Positions 29,290-36,883 of a stretch of DNA of 64,000 nucleotides are shown here, one piece after another. The stretch spans positions 4,989-68,988 of the forward strand of contig JAEZCR010000026.1 of NCBI GenBank assembly GCA_023433465.1, written 5' to 3'. The DNA comes from Pseudomonadota bacterium. GTDB lineage: Bacteria; Pseudomonadota; Gammaproteobacteria; Steroidobacterales; Steroidobacteraceae. The notes under the pieces were generated by a model. That model made no database searches. It saw only the letters and a list, made by a program, of their open reading frames with translations, and was not told where the DNA came from. Made by a program: the position numbers and the translations under genes. Position 1 is the stretch's first letter. Each line of letters starts with the position of its first letter.

Positions 29290-29904
29290 TCAAAGGTCGA
29301 AGGCAGGATCTTCGCCGATGTCCGGGATCTTCATGGTCGGTTCCTTCGCCGAAGGCTCGAGACCCCGCATCGATTCGAAGCCCGGTAGCCCCGCTTCCTT
29401 GCGAAGGGCATTGAGGCGATTGAGCCACCCCTTCCTGAACACGGCGAGCTTGGGATTCTTCTCTATGAGCCGCCCATAGAAGGCTTCACGCGCATCGCAA
29501 TATCGAATGACCACTTCGCCGTGATCGCACTCGGCGACTGCCTTTGCCGTGCCGGACCCGAAATCACCATCGACCGCGCAGTTCGCGGCGCCCTGCAGGA
29601 AACGCACGGCTCGGCCCACACCCATGTTCACCGCGGTATCGAACTGAACGAGGTCCAGCGGGTCGTTGAGCAGCTCACAACGGGCCGCGAGCCAGTAGCC
29701 GGACTCGTAGATCGATTGAACTTCATCCTCGGAGATGAGCTTGACGTCCTGCGGCCCGGCACCCTGCCGTGCCCGCCACTGGTCGTAGACTTTCTGGGTG
29801 ACTCCCCTGTTGGTGCGGCCGCCGGGGTCGTCGGGGTGATCGACGAACCCGCCCTCCCAACGCAATACGAATTTGAGCGCAGAAGTCAGCTGGGTGGATG
29901 GCAT
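29290..29904 (-). CDS. GH108-family N-acetylmuramidase with a PG_binding_3-type peptidoglycan-binding domain
   Basis: LRWEGGFVDHPDDPGGRTNRGVTQ is the GH108 catalytic motif. It is followed by DGDFGSGTAKAV (PG-binding). No signal peptide or holin is nearby. It is the first gene of the operon. Confidence 0.8.
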   Translation of the reverse strand: MPSTQLTSALKFVLRWEGGFVDHPDDPGGRTNRGVTQKVYDQWRARQGAGPQDVKLISEDEVQSIYESGYWLAARCELLNDPLDLVQFDTAVNMGVGRAVRFLQGAANCAVDGDFGSGTAKAVAECDHGEVVIRYCDAREAFYGRLIEKNPKLAVFRKGWLNRLNALRKEAGLPGFESMRGLEPSAKEPTMKIPDIGEDPAFDL

Positions 29905-30297
29905 GGGTCCGTCCGGACGCGCCGCGTCGCGAGTAGCTAGCTATTGTTCTTGTGATGCCCGCACCATAGTACAGGTGCGATCCGGGCCGCAATCCCGATC
30001 GGCGCGCCTCGTTCACCGAGTGCCAAATAGTACCGATGGGTGTACTGTCCGCGCGTCACCGGCGGACGACGCGATCTAGTTAGTTTCTGCGACCATTGGT
30101 GCGACGCGCAATTGTTCCATCGGGATGCCTGGAATGCCCCGTCTTCATGACCCATTCGAGTACGGTGTTCGTGCGGGCTGCGGTCACGCGATCCGGCGGC
30201 TGCCTATCTGGAAGGAATTCAACGACTTCACCGCGCCGACAATGGCCGCGGATGGTCGCGGGAAGTCGTTCGTTGCCCTAACAAGGAGCAACCGGCG

Positions 30298-33117
30298 ATG
30301 ACGAATCCGCGGAAACGCAGCTTCAAGGCATTCATCTCCTATAGCCACGCCGCGGATGGCAAGCTCGCCCCCGCGGTGCAACGTGCGCTGCATCGCATCG
30401 CCAAGCCGTGGTACCGCATCCGTACCATGCGTGTGTTTCGCGACCAGACGAATCTGGCCGCCAGCCCCGGGCTGTGGTCGTCGATCGAATCGGCGCTGGA
30501 ACAAGCCGAGTACTTCCTCTACATGGCCTCGCCGCAGGCCGCGCAATCTCCATGGGTGCAGAAGGAAATCGAATGGTGGTTGAGCAACCGCTCGCCGCAG
30601 ACCTTCCTCATCCTGCTCACGGACGGCCAGATGGCGTGGAACAGCGAAGCGGCGGATTGGGACTGGAGCAACACGACGGCATGGCCTTCCCAGGCGGCCC
30701 GCGCATTCCGCGAAGAGCCGTTGTACACGGATCTTCGCTGGGCTCGAAAGGAGGAGCAGCTCTCGGCACGGCACTCGCAGTTTCGAGCGGCGATGCTCGA
30801 TCTCGCTGCCACGCTGCTGGGCCGTCCGAAGGATGAGCTCGACGGCGAGGATGTGCGTCAGTACCGTCGGACCCGACGCATCGCCGGGCTCGCGATCGTG
30901 ACACTCGCCGCGTTGTTCATTGCCGCCGCGGTCGCGGCCTACCAGGCTACCCAGCAGAGCAGATTGGCGACCTCGCGTGCGCTGGGCGCGCGATCCGAAG
31001 CTCTGTTGCCGACGAATCCGGAACTCGCCCTGCTGCTGGCGCGCGAGGCCGTCAGCGTACGAGCGGATGAGCAAGCCGTGTTCGCATTGCGCCAGGCGTT
31101 CGTGCGCAATCCCCTGCGCGTGTTTCACCAGGCCCCGTCCGGCACGAACCTCGCCGCGGCCTTTGCCAGTGCCGATGCGGTCGTGGTTGCGGATCCCGAC
31201 GGGGGCGCGAGCATCTGGAGTGTCGCCTCGGGAACCCGCATCGCGGGTGTGGCGGCCGAGCCCGGCGACCGGGCCAGGGTGAGTCATTCGAACGACGGCA
31301 CGATGGTCGTCATCGGCACCGAGGAACCGGAATTCGCCGTCCATGACGCGAAGTCTTGGCAGGTCATCCGGCAGCTTCCCGGAAGCCGCGCGCGATTCAC
31401 TCGCGATGGCAAGACTCTCGTCGCCGAAGACAATGGGGCAATCAGGCAGTGGGACGTGCCATCGCTGAGCGAGCGCGTCTCCCCGATCAAACTACCGAGC
31501 GGGCATTCCTTGTCGGCACCCGCTCCGGATGGTCGCGTGTTCGTGCTGGCGAGTGACGGCGACCCGCTCGAGTTCGTGGTTGTCGATGCGCGCAGCGCGC
31601 GGACCGTCGCGCGGATTCCCGCGATACCGATGGTGGAAGGAGATCCATTGAGCCCCGACGGTACGCTGCTGCTCGTCCAGGATGAGGACCTCGAGCTTTG
31701 GGATACGCGGACCGGCAAGCGGGTGCGGTCGCTGCAACAGCCGGAGTTCGGCGGCATTGGCTGGACGACGTTCGCCGCCTTCACACCCGATGGCGCGAAG
31801 GTCTTCACCGGCAATCGCAACGGCGAGATCCACGCCTGGAAGGTGGCGACGGGTGAATACCTGAGGAATTGGACTCTGCATCGCAACGATATCCGCGCGA
31901 TCGAATTCAGTCGTGACGGGCAGACCATGCTCACCGGCGGAGCGGACGGAACGGTGTGCCTCTGGGAGGTGCCGGGCGACGTCCTGGCGGTTTCGAGCGA
32001 CCGCTGTCTCGTGACCTTGGGAGGCAGAGGCGACGACGCCTGGGACTTCTCCTTTGCCCCGGACGGTCGCCACTTTCTGACGACTCATATGGATGGCACG
32101 GTTCGCGTGTGGGATCGAGAGACCTGGCACCCCAGCGTGACCGTTCCCGGCACGACCATGGCCGCCAGTGAGGACGGCCGGTTCGTCTTGAGTTCCGCGG
32201 ACGATCAACCGCTGCGACTCTGGGATGGAGAGTCCGGCGCGCTGCAAGCAACCCTCGAAATGACGGGAGAGTCCATCGAAGCAATGGCGGTGAGTGGCGC
32301 TGCATCGCTGTTTGCCGTCGCGCGGAAGGAAGGAACCGTTGGGCTTTGGCGCATGCCGTCCGGCGAGCTCGCACTGCAACTGCCCGCAAGCTCCGGCAGC
32401 ACCCAGGCGCTGGCGTTCAATCGCGCCGGAACTGAACTGGTCACCGCGGGAGCGGATGGAAAGATCCGCTTCTGGAGCACGGGTGCGCCGCAGTTATTGC
32501 GCGAGTGGGCCGCGTCTGGTGGAAGTATCGCGAAGCTTCTCGTCGAGAATGATGACAGGCATATCGTTCTGACCTTCGACCCCGGAACGGTGCAAGTGCG
32601 CGACATCGAGAACGGCGCGGTGATCTCGGAGACGAAAGTCGTGGCCGAGGGACGTACCGCGGGAGTCTTGACGCCCGGTGCGAATCGGATGTTGCTGGCC
32701 GTGGTCGACGATCGGTTTCCTGAATTGTGGAATCTCGGGACCGGCAAGAGAGTGTTGACCCTTCCCGGCCACACTGACGAGGTGTGGTCGACGGCGCTGA
32801 GCTCCGATGGCCGGTTCTTGCTGACCGGCAGTGGTTTCTTCATGTCCCGAGGTGAAGCACCCGAAGATGGCAACGCGATACGAATCTGGGACGCACAGAG
32901 CGGCCGCGAAATTCTCAGTTACCGGGCGCCCGGATGGGTGGTGAACCAGGTGGCCTTTGCCGGCGACGACACGACTATCTTCTCGGCCAGCCGGGACGGG
33001 ATGGTGCGACGCTTCCGCTGCGAAGTCTGCCTTCCTCTGGAAGAGCTGCAGTCGCTCATATCCTCGCGCGTGACGCGCGAGCTGACGGCGGGCGAGCGCG
33101 CTCAATATGTTCCGTGA
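30298..33117 (+). CDS. TIR - single TM - WD40 (double beta-propeller) protein
   Basis: AAGGAG RBS. TIR motifs FKAFISYSHAADG and SPWVQKEIEWW. The positive patch RQYRRTRR is followed by TM IAGLAIVTLAALFIAAAVAAY. There are then ~700 aa of WD repeats (GADGTVCLWEV, MDGTVRVWD, GADGKIRFWS, HTDEVWSTALSSDGRFLLTGS). Confidence 0.85.
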   Translation: MTNPRKRSFKAFISYSHAADGKLAPAVQRALHRIAKPWYRIRTMRVFRDQTNLAASPGLWSSIESALEQAEYFLYMASPQAAQSPWVQKEIEWWLSNRSPQTFLILLTDGQMAWNSEAADWDWSNTTAWPSQAARAFREEPLYTDLRWARKEEQLSARHSQFRAAMLDLAATLLGRPKDELDGEDVRQYRRTRRIAGLAIVTLAALFIAAAVAAYQATQQSRLATSRALGARSEALLPTNPELALLLAREAVSVRADEQAVFALRQAFVRNPLRVFHQAPSGTNLAAAFASADAVVVADPDGGASIWSVASGTRIAGVAAEPGDRARVSHSNDGTMVVIGTEEPEFAVHDAKSWQVIRQLPGSRARFTRDGKTLVAEDNGAIRQWDVPSLSERVSPIKLPSGHSLSAPAPDGRVFVLASDGDPLEFVVVDARSARTVARIPAIPMVEGDPLSPDGTLLLVQDEDLELWDTRTGKRVRSLQQPEFGGIGWTTFAAFTPDGAKVFTGNRNGEIHAWKVATGEYLRNWTLHRNDIRAIEFSRDGQTMLTGGADGTVCLWEVPGDVLAVSSDRCLVTLGGRGDDAWDFSFAPDGRHFLTTHMDGTVRVWDRETWHPSVTVPGTTMAASEDGRFVLSSADDQPLRLWDGESGALQATLEMTGESIEAMAVSGAASLFAVARKEGTVGLWRMPSGELALQLPASSGSTQALAFNRAGTELVTAGADGKIRFWSTGAPQLLREWAASGGSIAKLLVENDDRHIVLTFDPGTVQVRDIENGAVISETKVVAEGRTAGVLTPGANRMLLAVVDDRFPELWNLGTGKRVLTLPGHTDEVWSTALSSDGRFLLTGSGFFMSRGEAPEDGNAIRIWDAQSGREILSYRAPGWVVNQVAFAGDDTTIFSASRDGMVRRFRCEVCLPLEELQSLISSRVTRELTAGERAQYVP

Positions 33118-33314
33118 GGATGTCGGTGCGCCGGTGCGAGTCCCTTGGGATTAAGGGTCGATGCGGTGGTTAGAGTCCGTACTAACCATTAGGCCTGGGC
33201 AGGCGAACATCGGCAGAGCGCGAATGGCCATTTGGAAGTAAAATCAATGTTGCGCAGCCCGCGAATGGAATCGCCGGCGAAACACGGCCGCCAGGTCCGA
33301 ACCTGGATGCGAGG

Positions 33315-34682
33315 TTGGCCATGGCAAAGAGCATTTTCGTCAGCCACATCTCGGAGGAACGCGAGATCGCGGCGTTCATCAAGCGCGCGATGACCGACGC
33401 CTTCGATGCTGTCGCGGTTTTCACGTCCAGCGATGTCGGCAGTGTCGGCGCCGGTGACGATTGGCTGAATGCGGTCAAGAAGGCGCTGGCGCGCTCCGCC
33501 GCGATCATCGTGTTGTGCAGCCAGGAGTCCATCAACCGGCCATGGGTGCAGTTCGAACTGGGAGCCGCGTGGATGTTGAAGAAGCGGATCATCCCGATTT
33601 GTCATTCCGGCCTCAGAACCGAGCACCTGTCGATTCCGCTGTCCTTGCTCGAGGCCGTGGAACTGGGCACGGAATCAGGATTGCGAAAACTCTACGCCGG
33701 CGTCGTCAAAGCGCTGAGGGTGAAAGCGGAGCGAGTCCCCGCTGACATGCAGGAATTGTTGCGCGAAGCCCGGGCCCTGCAACGGGATCTCGGCGTGCAC
33801 CAGTTCGAGATGTACATCGACATCCTGATCCCGCGTGACGAACTGGGCGGCAGGATTCCGGGAACGGCGCGAATCGAATCCGACAACAGGTCGATGGAGC
33901 TGTTCGGTTTTCGGAACTCAAAGGGCTGCACCTGGAGCGACATCGAGCGCGCCGCCGACGTCAGCGCCGATACGCGCTGGCTGGACCAGCTGCACGAATG
34001 CGTTCGCAGGGCCAGTCGGAACGAACATTTCGAGGCCGTGCAGGCTATCTACCACACCGGGCGTGGCCGATCCTTCCAGCCGCAGCTGGCGAAGATGCAG
34101 TTGCAGTCGGACGGCACGTGCCGTTTCCACGTGCATCTCGTGGAGACGGTGGTCGCGCCGCTCGTGGAGGTGAACAACGAGTTCGGCCTGCTTGCGACGC
34201 TGTTGCGGTTGGGGATGCGCTTTCGCTACGAGGTGATCGAGAAATACGCCCGGTTCAACAGGGACGCCAGGGCGAGTTCGTCCGACCCGCTGATGATCGA
34301 GCGATACGTCCGCGAAGCACTGCGAGCCGCGATTCTCGTCATCGAGCGCGATGCGGCTTCGCGAGGCTCGGCGATCCTCATGGATCCGGACGCCCTGCTG
34401 GCGCTGTTCGATCGGGATTCGGAGCGCGAGCAGATAGAAAGTCACCAAGCCCTCTGGCAGCGCGATCGGGCATTGTTGTTCAAGAACGATCCGCCGCCGA
34501 CATTGCCGCAGCTGGATGCGATCATCGCCAACCTGCGCGGCATGAACTGGCGCTTCATGAGCCTTGCCACGCAGCGCTGCAATGAGATCGTCAGCACGCG
34601 CTGGTCTGGTGATTCGGCTACGCCGGTCGCCGGGCGGCGGGTCCAACTCGCGCCGGGCAGGACGAACATGCTGGACGGTTGA
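33315..34682 (+). CDS. TIR domain protein with a ~320-aa C-terminal domain of unknown function
   Basis: SIFVSHISEEREIA...AAIIVLCSQESINRPWVQFELGAAW is a TIR pattern with W-x-x-x-E. The remainder is helical with no motif I recognise. Confidence 0.7.
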   Translation: MAMAKSIFVSHISEEREIAAFIKRAMTDAFDAVAVFTSSDVGSVGAGDDWLNAVKKALARSAAIIVLCSQESINRPWVQFELGAAWMLKKRIIPICHSGLRTEHLSIPLSLLEAVELGTESGLRKLYAGVVKALRVKAERVPADMQELLREARALQRDLGVHQFEMYIDILIPRDELGGRIPGTARIESDNRSMELFGFRNSKGCTWSDIERAADVSADTRWLDQLHECVRRASRNEHFEAVQAIYHTGRGRSFQPQLAKMQLQSDGTCRFHVHLVETVVAPLVEVNNEFGLLATLLRLGMRFRYEVIEKYARFNRDARASSSDPLMIERYVREALRAAILVIERDAASRGSAILMDPDALLALFDRDSEREQIESHQALWQRDRALLFKNDPPPTLPQLDAIIANLRGMNWRFMSLATQRCNEIVSTRWSGDSATPVAGRRVQLAPGRTNMLDG

Positions 34683-34765
34683 GCCCTGGAGGAGAACCGC
34701 GCCAAGAGCTTGTCGCGGCGGGAGAAGATGGCGCGGCCGGAGAGATTACTCACCCGCCATGCGGG
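34683..34765 (+). pseudogene. Remnant of an integrase 3' end fused to a decayed tRNA-Arg 3' half (fossil att junction)
   Basis: An ungapped alignment of 34701-34747 with 49151-49197 gives 37/47 identities. The translation ENRAKSLSR compares with the integrase C-terminus ENRDKMLSR. It is followed by TGGCGCGGCCGGAGAGATT (18/19 to the tRNA 3' end) and a degenerate T-arm-like ACTCACCCGCCA. Confidence 0.65.
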
Positions 34766-34962
34766 CTCGCCCTTCGCCGGATCAATGACGACGCATGAAT
34801 CGACTTCATCAGCCGGCTCAGGGCCCAACACGCTACGTGTGTTGGTTCAACTCGGGGTGACGGGGGGGGCGCTTGCCCGAGCGTCGTGCCGAGGTGTCGA
34901 ACTCACCGACCACAACCGTGTAGTGGCCACGCGCACTTCGAAGACCGCGCGCGGTACACCCG

Positions 34963-35020
34963 AATTGAAATGAAAAAGGGGCCGAACCGAAGACGGCTCG
35001 ACCCCTTTTTCATTTCAATT
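34963..35020. terminator. Long hairpin, bidirectional intrinsic terminator (probable native tRNA-Arg terminator)
   Basis: Perfect 19-nt arms AATTGAAATGAAAAAGGGG / CCCCTTTTTCATTTCAATT enclose a further imperfect stem. T-tracts are present on both strands. It abuts the 45-bp att repeat. Confidence 0.8.
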
Positions 35021-35021
35021 A

Positions 35022-35066
35022 TGGCGCGCCCGGAGAGATTCGAACTCCCGACCACCTGGTTCGTAG
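35022..35066. repeat. attR: 45-bp direct repeat identical to the 3' end of tRNA-Arg
   Basis: TGGCGCGCCCGGAGAGATTCGAACTCCCGACCACCTGGTTCGTAG is identical to 49179-49223. Confidence 0.9.
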
Positions 35067-35300
35067 TTGGAAGGGGTGGAAATCTCGAGCGGGACGGGAA
35101 ACGTAGATAGTTGATTTTGTTGAGTCAAAAATCGCGAAGTCGCATGGCATCCGTTGCAATTGTCACGACTGAGCACGACGAAGCAGGACCAAGTCCCGCA
35201 AAACTCCCGCAAGTACCTGGTTACTTTTCGTACGTAACCACCTGGCCATTAACCAGGTCGTCGGGACCGGCGGGGGTAGGAGCGTGTGTGCCGATGCACG

Positions 35301-36161
35301 CTACGGCTTCCGCACGCCGAAGAGGTGCGGCCATAGTTTCTGGCACTCAGCCGCAGTCGGGTAACGGCCGTATCTCTGGTTGAATTCCTCCCCTACGCGG
35401 TTGCATTCGCGCCAATCAGCTTGGGGAATAGCACGGACCTCCGGCAAAGGACGCATCACGGGAGTGCTTGGTCGATCTGAGACGGGAAGCACTGGCGACC
35501 TGATGCGACTACGTGCGAGCGCGGAACGGAACATAGATGCGAACAGCCGCTCCGGCTCGCGCTGCTCGGGATGGAATAACCAAACCTTGGAAGCCAGGTC
35601 CTTCTGCAACTTCATTTGCAACGCTTCTCGCGGAAGCATGGAGTCGCCGGCATCAAGTCGAATCTCGATAGCGGGAACGTTCCGGCGTCGGATCTTGCGC
35701 AGCTTTGCACGCGTCACTTTGTGCGTAACTGCAACTTCAAGTATCAACGCTTTTGCATCGGACTCGATGATGATGTCGGGAACGAAGTCGCCCTCATTTT
35801 TCTCGACCCTGACTCTGCGGATCGGAAACTGTTCGCCATCGGCCACCAGGGCCTGGTGCCGAACGGACACACCGAGCTTTGTCTTGCGTTGTCTGACGAA
35901 GTCATAGGGTGGGACCGTGAAGGAGTCCAACTCCGCTAGCAGTTCCTTAGCAAGCATGTGCAGAGCTGATTCGGCAGCGCCTTGGCAACTGGTGACCTCG
36001 AAGTGAGCGAAATGGTGTCGGCGAATTGATCCCTTCTTTGCAACCAGTGGCTTGCCGCAGCGGGCGCACATACATCCGCAAGCTAAGCCACTCGGTACAT
36101 TCCCAATGAACTGCAAATTGCCGTCGCGCAGCCCATAACCACTGCAATCACCGGCGATCAC
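35301..36161 (-). CDS. CoiA-like nuclease family protein
   Basis: An N-terminal Cys cluster CGCMCARCGKPL...RRHHFAH, then a PD-(D/E)xK-like FVPDIII...LILEVAVTHK. It lies 47 nt downstream of the E2 gene on the same strand. Confidence 0.6.
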   Translation of the reverse strand: MIAGDCSGYGLRDGNLQFIGNVPSGLACGCMCARCGKPLVAKKGSIRRHHFAHFEVTSCQGAAESALHMLAKELLAELDSFTVPPYDFVRQRKTKLGVSVRHQALVADGEQFPIRRVRVEKNEGDFVPDIIIESDAKALILEVAVTHKVTRAKLRKIRRRNVPAIEIRLDAGDSMLPREALQMKLQKDLASKVWLFHPEQREPERLFASMFRSALARSRIRSPVLPVSDRPSTPVMRPLPEVRAIPQADWRECNRVGEEFNQRYGRYPTAAECQKLWPHLFGVRKP

Positions 36162-36208
36162 GACTTGAGAATTCCGTCATGCCAAGATTCTTAGCGACGC
36201 CAATGCAT

Positions 36209-36883
36209 TTATGCCTTGCTCATGCGCTTTAGCGCTTCATCTACGGGCCTGATCGCCTTCGATGCATCACTGCGAGGGATCTTGTCCCGCAAGTTGCGCA
36301 CCATCTCGAAGTGGCAGTCCCGAATTCTTTTTCCGCTACCACACGGGCAGTCCCAGTGGCCTTTGACTCTCTTCGCGGCAAGGAGCTCGAAGTACTTCTT
36401 CACCTTCACCAAGTCGTCGGTGTCGAAAATCTCCTGATAGAACTGCTTGCGGCCATATAGACCGTGATCCCACTGACCGAAAGGCCACACTCCATCGCGT
36501 TCAAATACAGCTTGGCCAATGAAATAGTTCCGGACAGGACCGTCGATGAAATCCAGCAGGGATTTTCCTTTGGGCCAAACCCGCCAGCGTTCCTCAGGAA
36601 GAAAGAGGCACGATGCGCCGGTTTCATAGCAGTGCCGATCCAGGGTGCGTGGAATCCGCCCGGCGGTTTCGAATACCACCGGCACGCCCTCTGGATAATC
36701 TTGCGGGAGCTGAATTTCAATCGAAAAGCGGTCGAGGATCTTGCTGCCTTCCTTGATCTCTAGGCTGCCTGAAATCCTGACCTGGCCTTCGAGCACCGAG
36801 AAGTGCAGATGCGGGTACACCTGCGCGACTTCTGCCTTCTCTCGATCGAAGGCGACGAGATCACGTTCGTGCCATGCCTTCAT
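36209..36883 (-). CDS. CBASS E2-only (Cap2-like, ubiquitin-conjugating-fold) protein with a C-terminal SEC-C motif
   Basis: UBC-like core with PQDYPEGVPVVFE and a candidate catalytic Cys in HCYETGASCLFLP. C-terminal CPCGSGKRIRDCH. The start overlaps the CD-NTase stop (ATGA). Confidence 0.7.
   Translation of the reverse strand: MKAWHERDLVAFDREKAEVAQVYPHLHFSVLEGQVRISGSLEIKEGSKILDRFSIEIQLPQDYPEGVPVVFETAGRIPRTLDRHCYETGASCLFLPEERWRVWPKGKSLLDFIDGPVRNYFIGQAVFERDGVWPFGQWDHGLYGRKQFYQEIFDTDDLVKVKKYFELLAAKRVKGHWDCPCGSGKRIRDCHFEMVRNLRDKIPRSDASKAIRPVDEALKRMSKA

Noticed and set aside
29290-29904. GH108 lysozyme as evidence of a prophage.
   Set aside because: No holin, spanin, terminase, capsid or tail genes lie nearby. 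The gene is the first cistron of the TIR/YEATS operon.
25253-34682. Thoeris or TIR-NLR (Avs-like) assignment for the TIR genes.
   Set aside because: No ThsA-type SIR2/Macro-SLOG gene is present, and no STAND/NACHT NTPase motif (Walker A/B) occurs in any of the TIR proteins or their neighbours.
34710-34973. 87-aa ORF between the TIR gene and attR.
   Set aside because: Its 5' end is the integrase remnant read through the decayed tRNA fragment. It has no RBS and no protein-like composition, so it is treated as part of the fossil junction.
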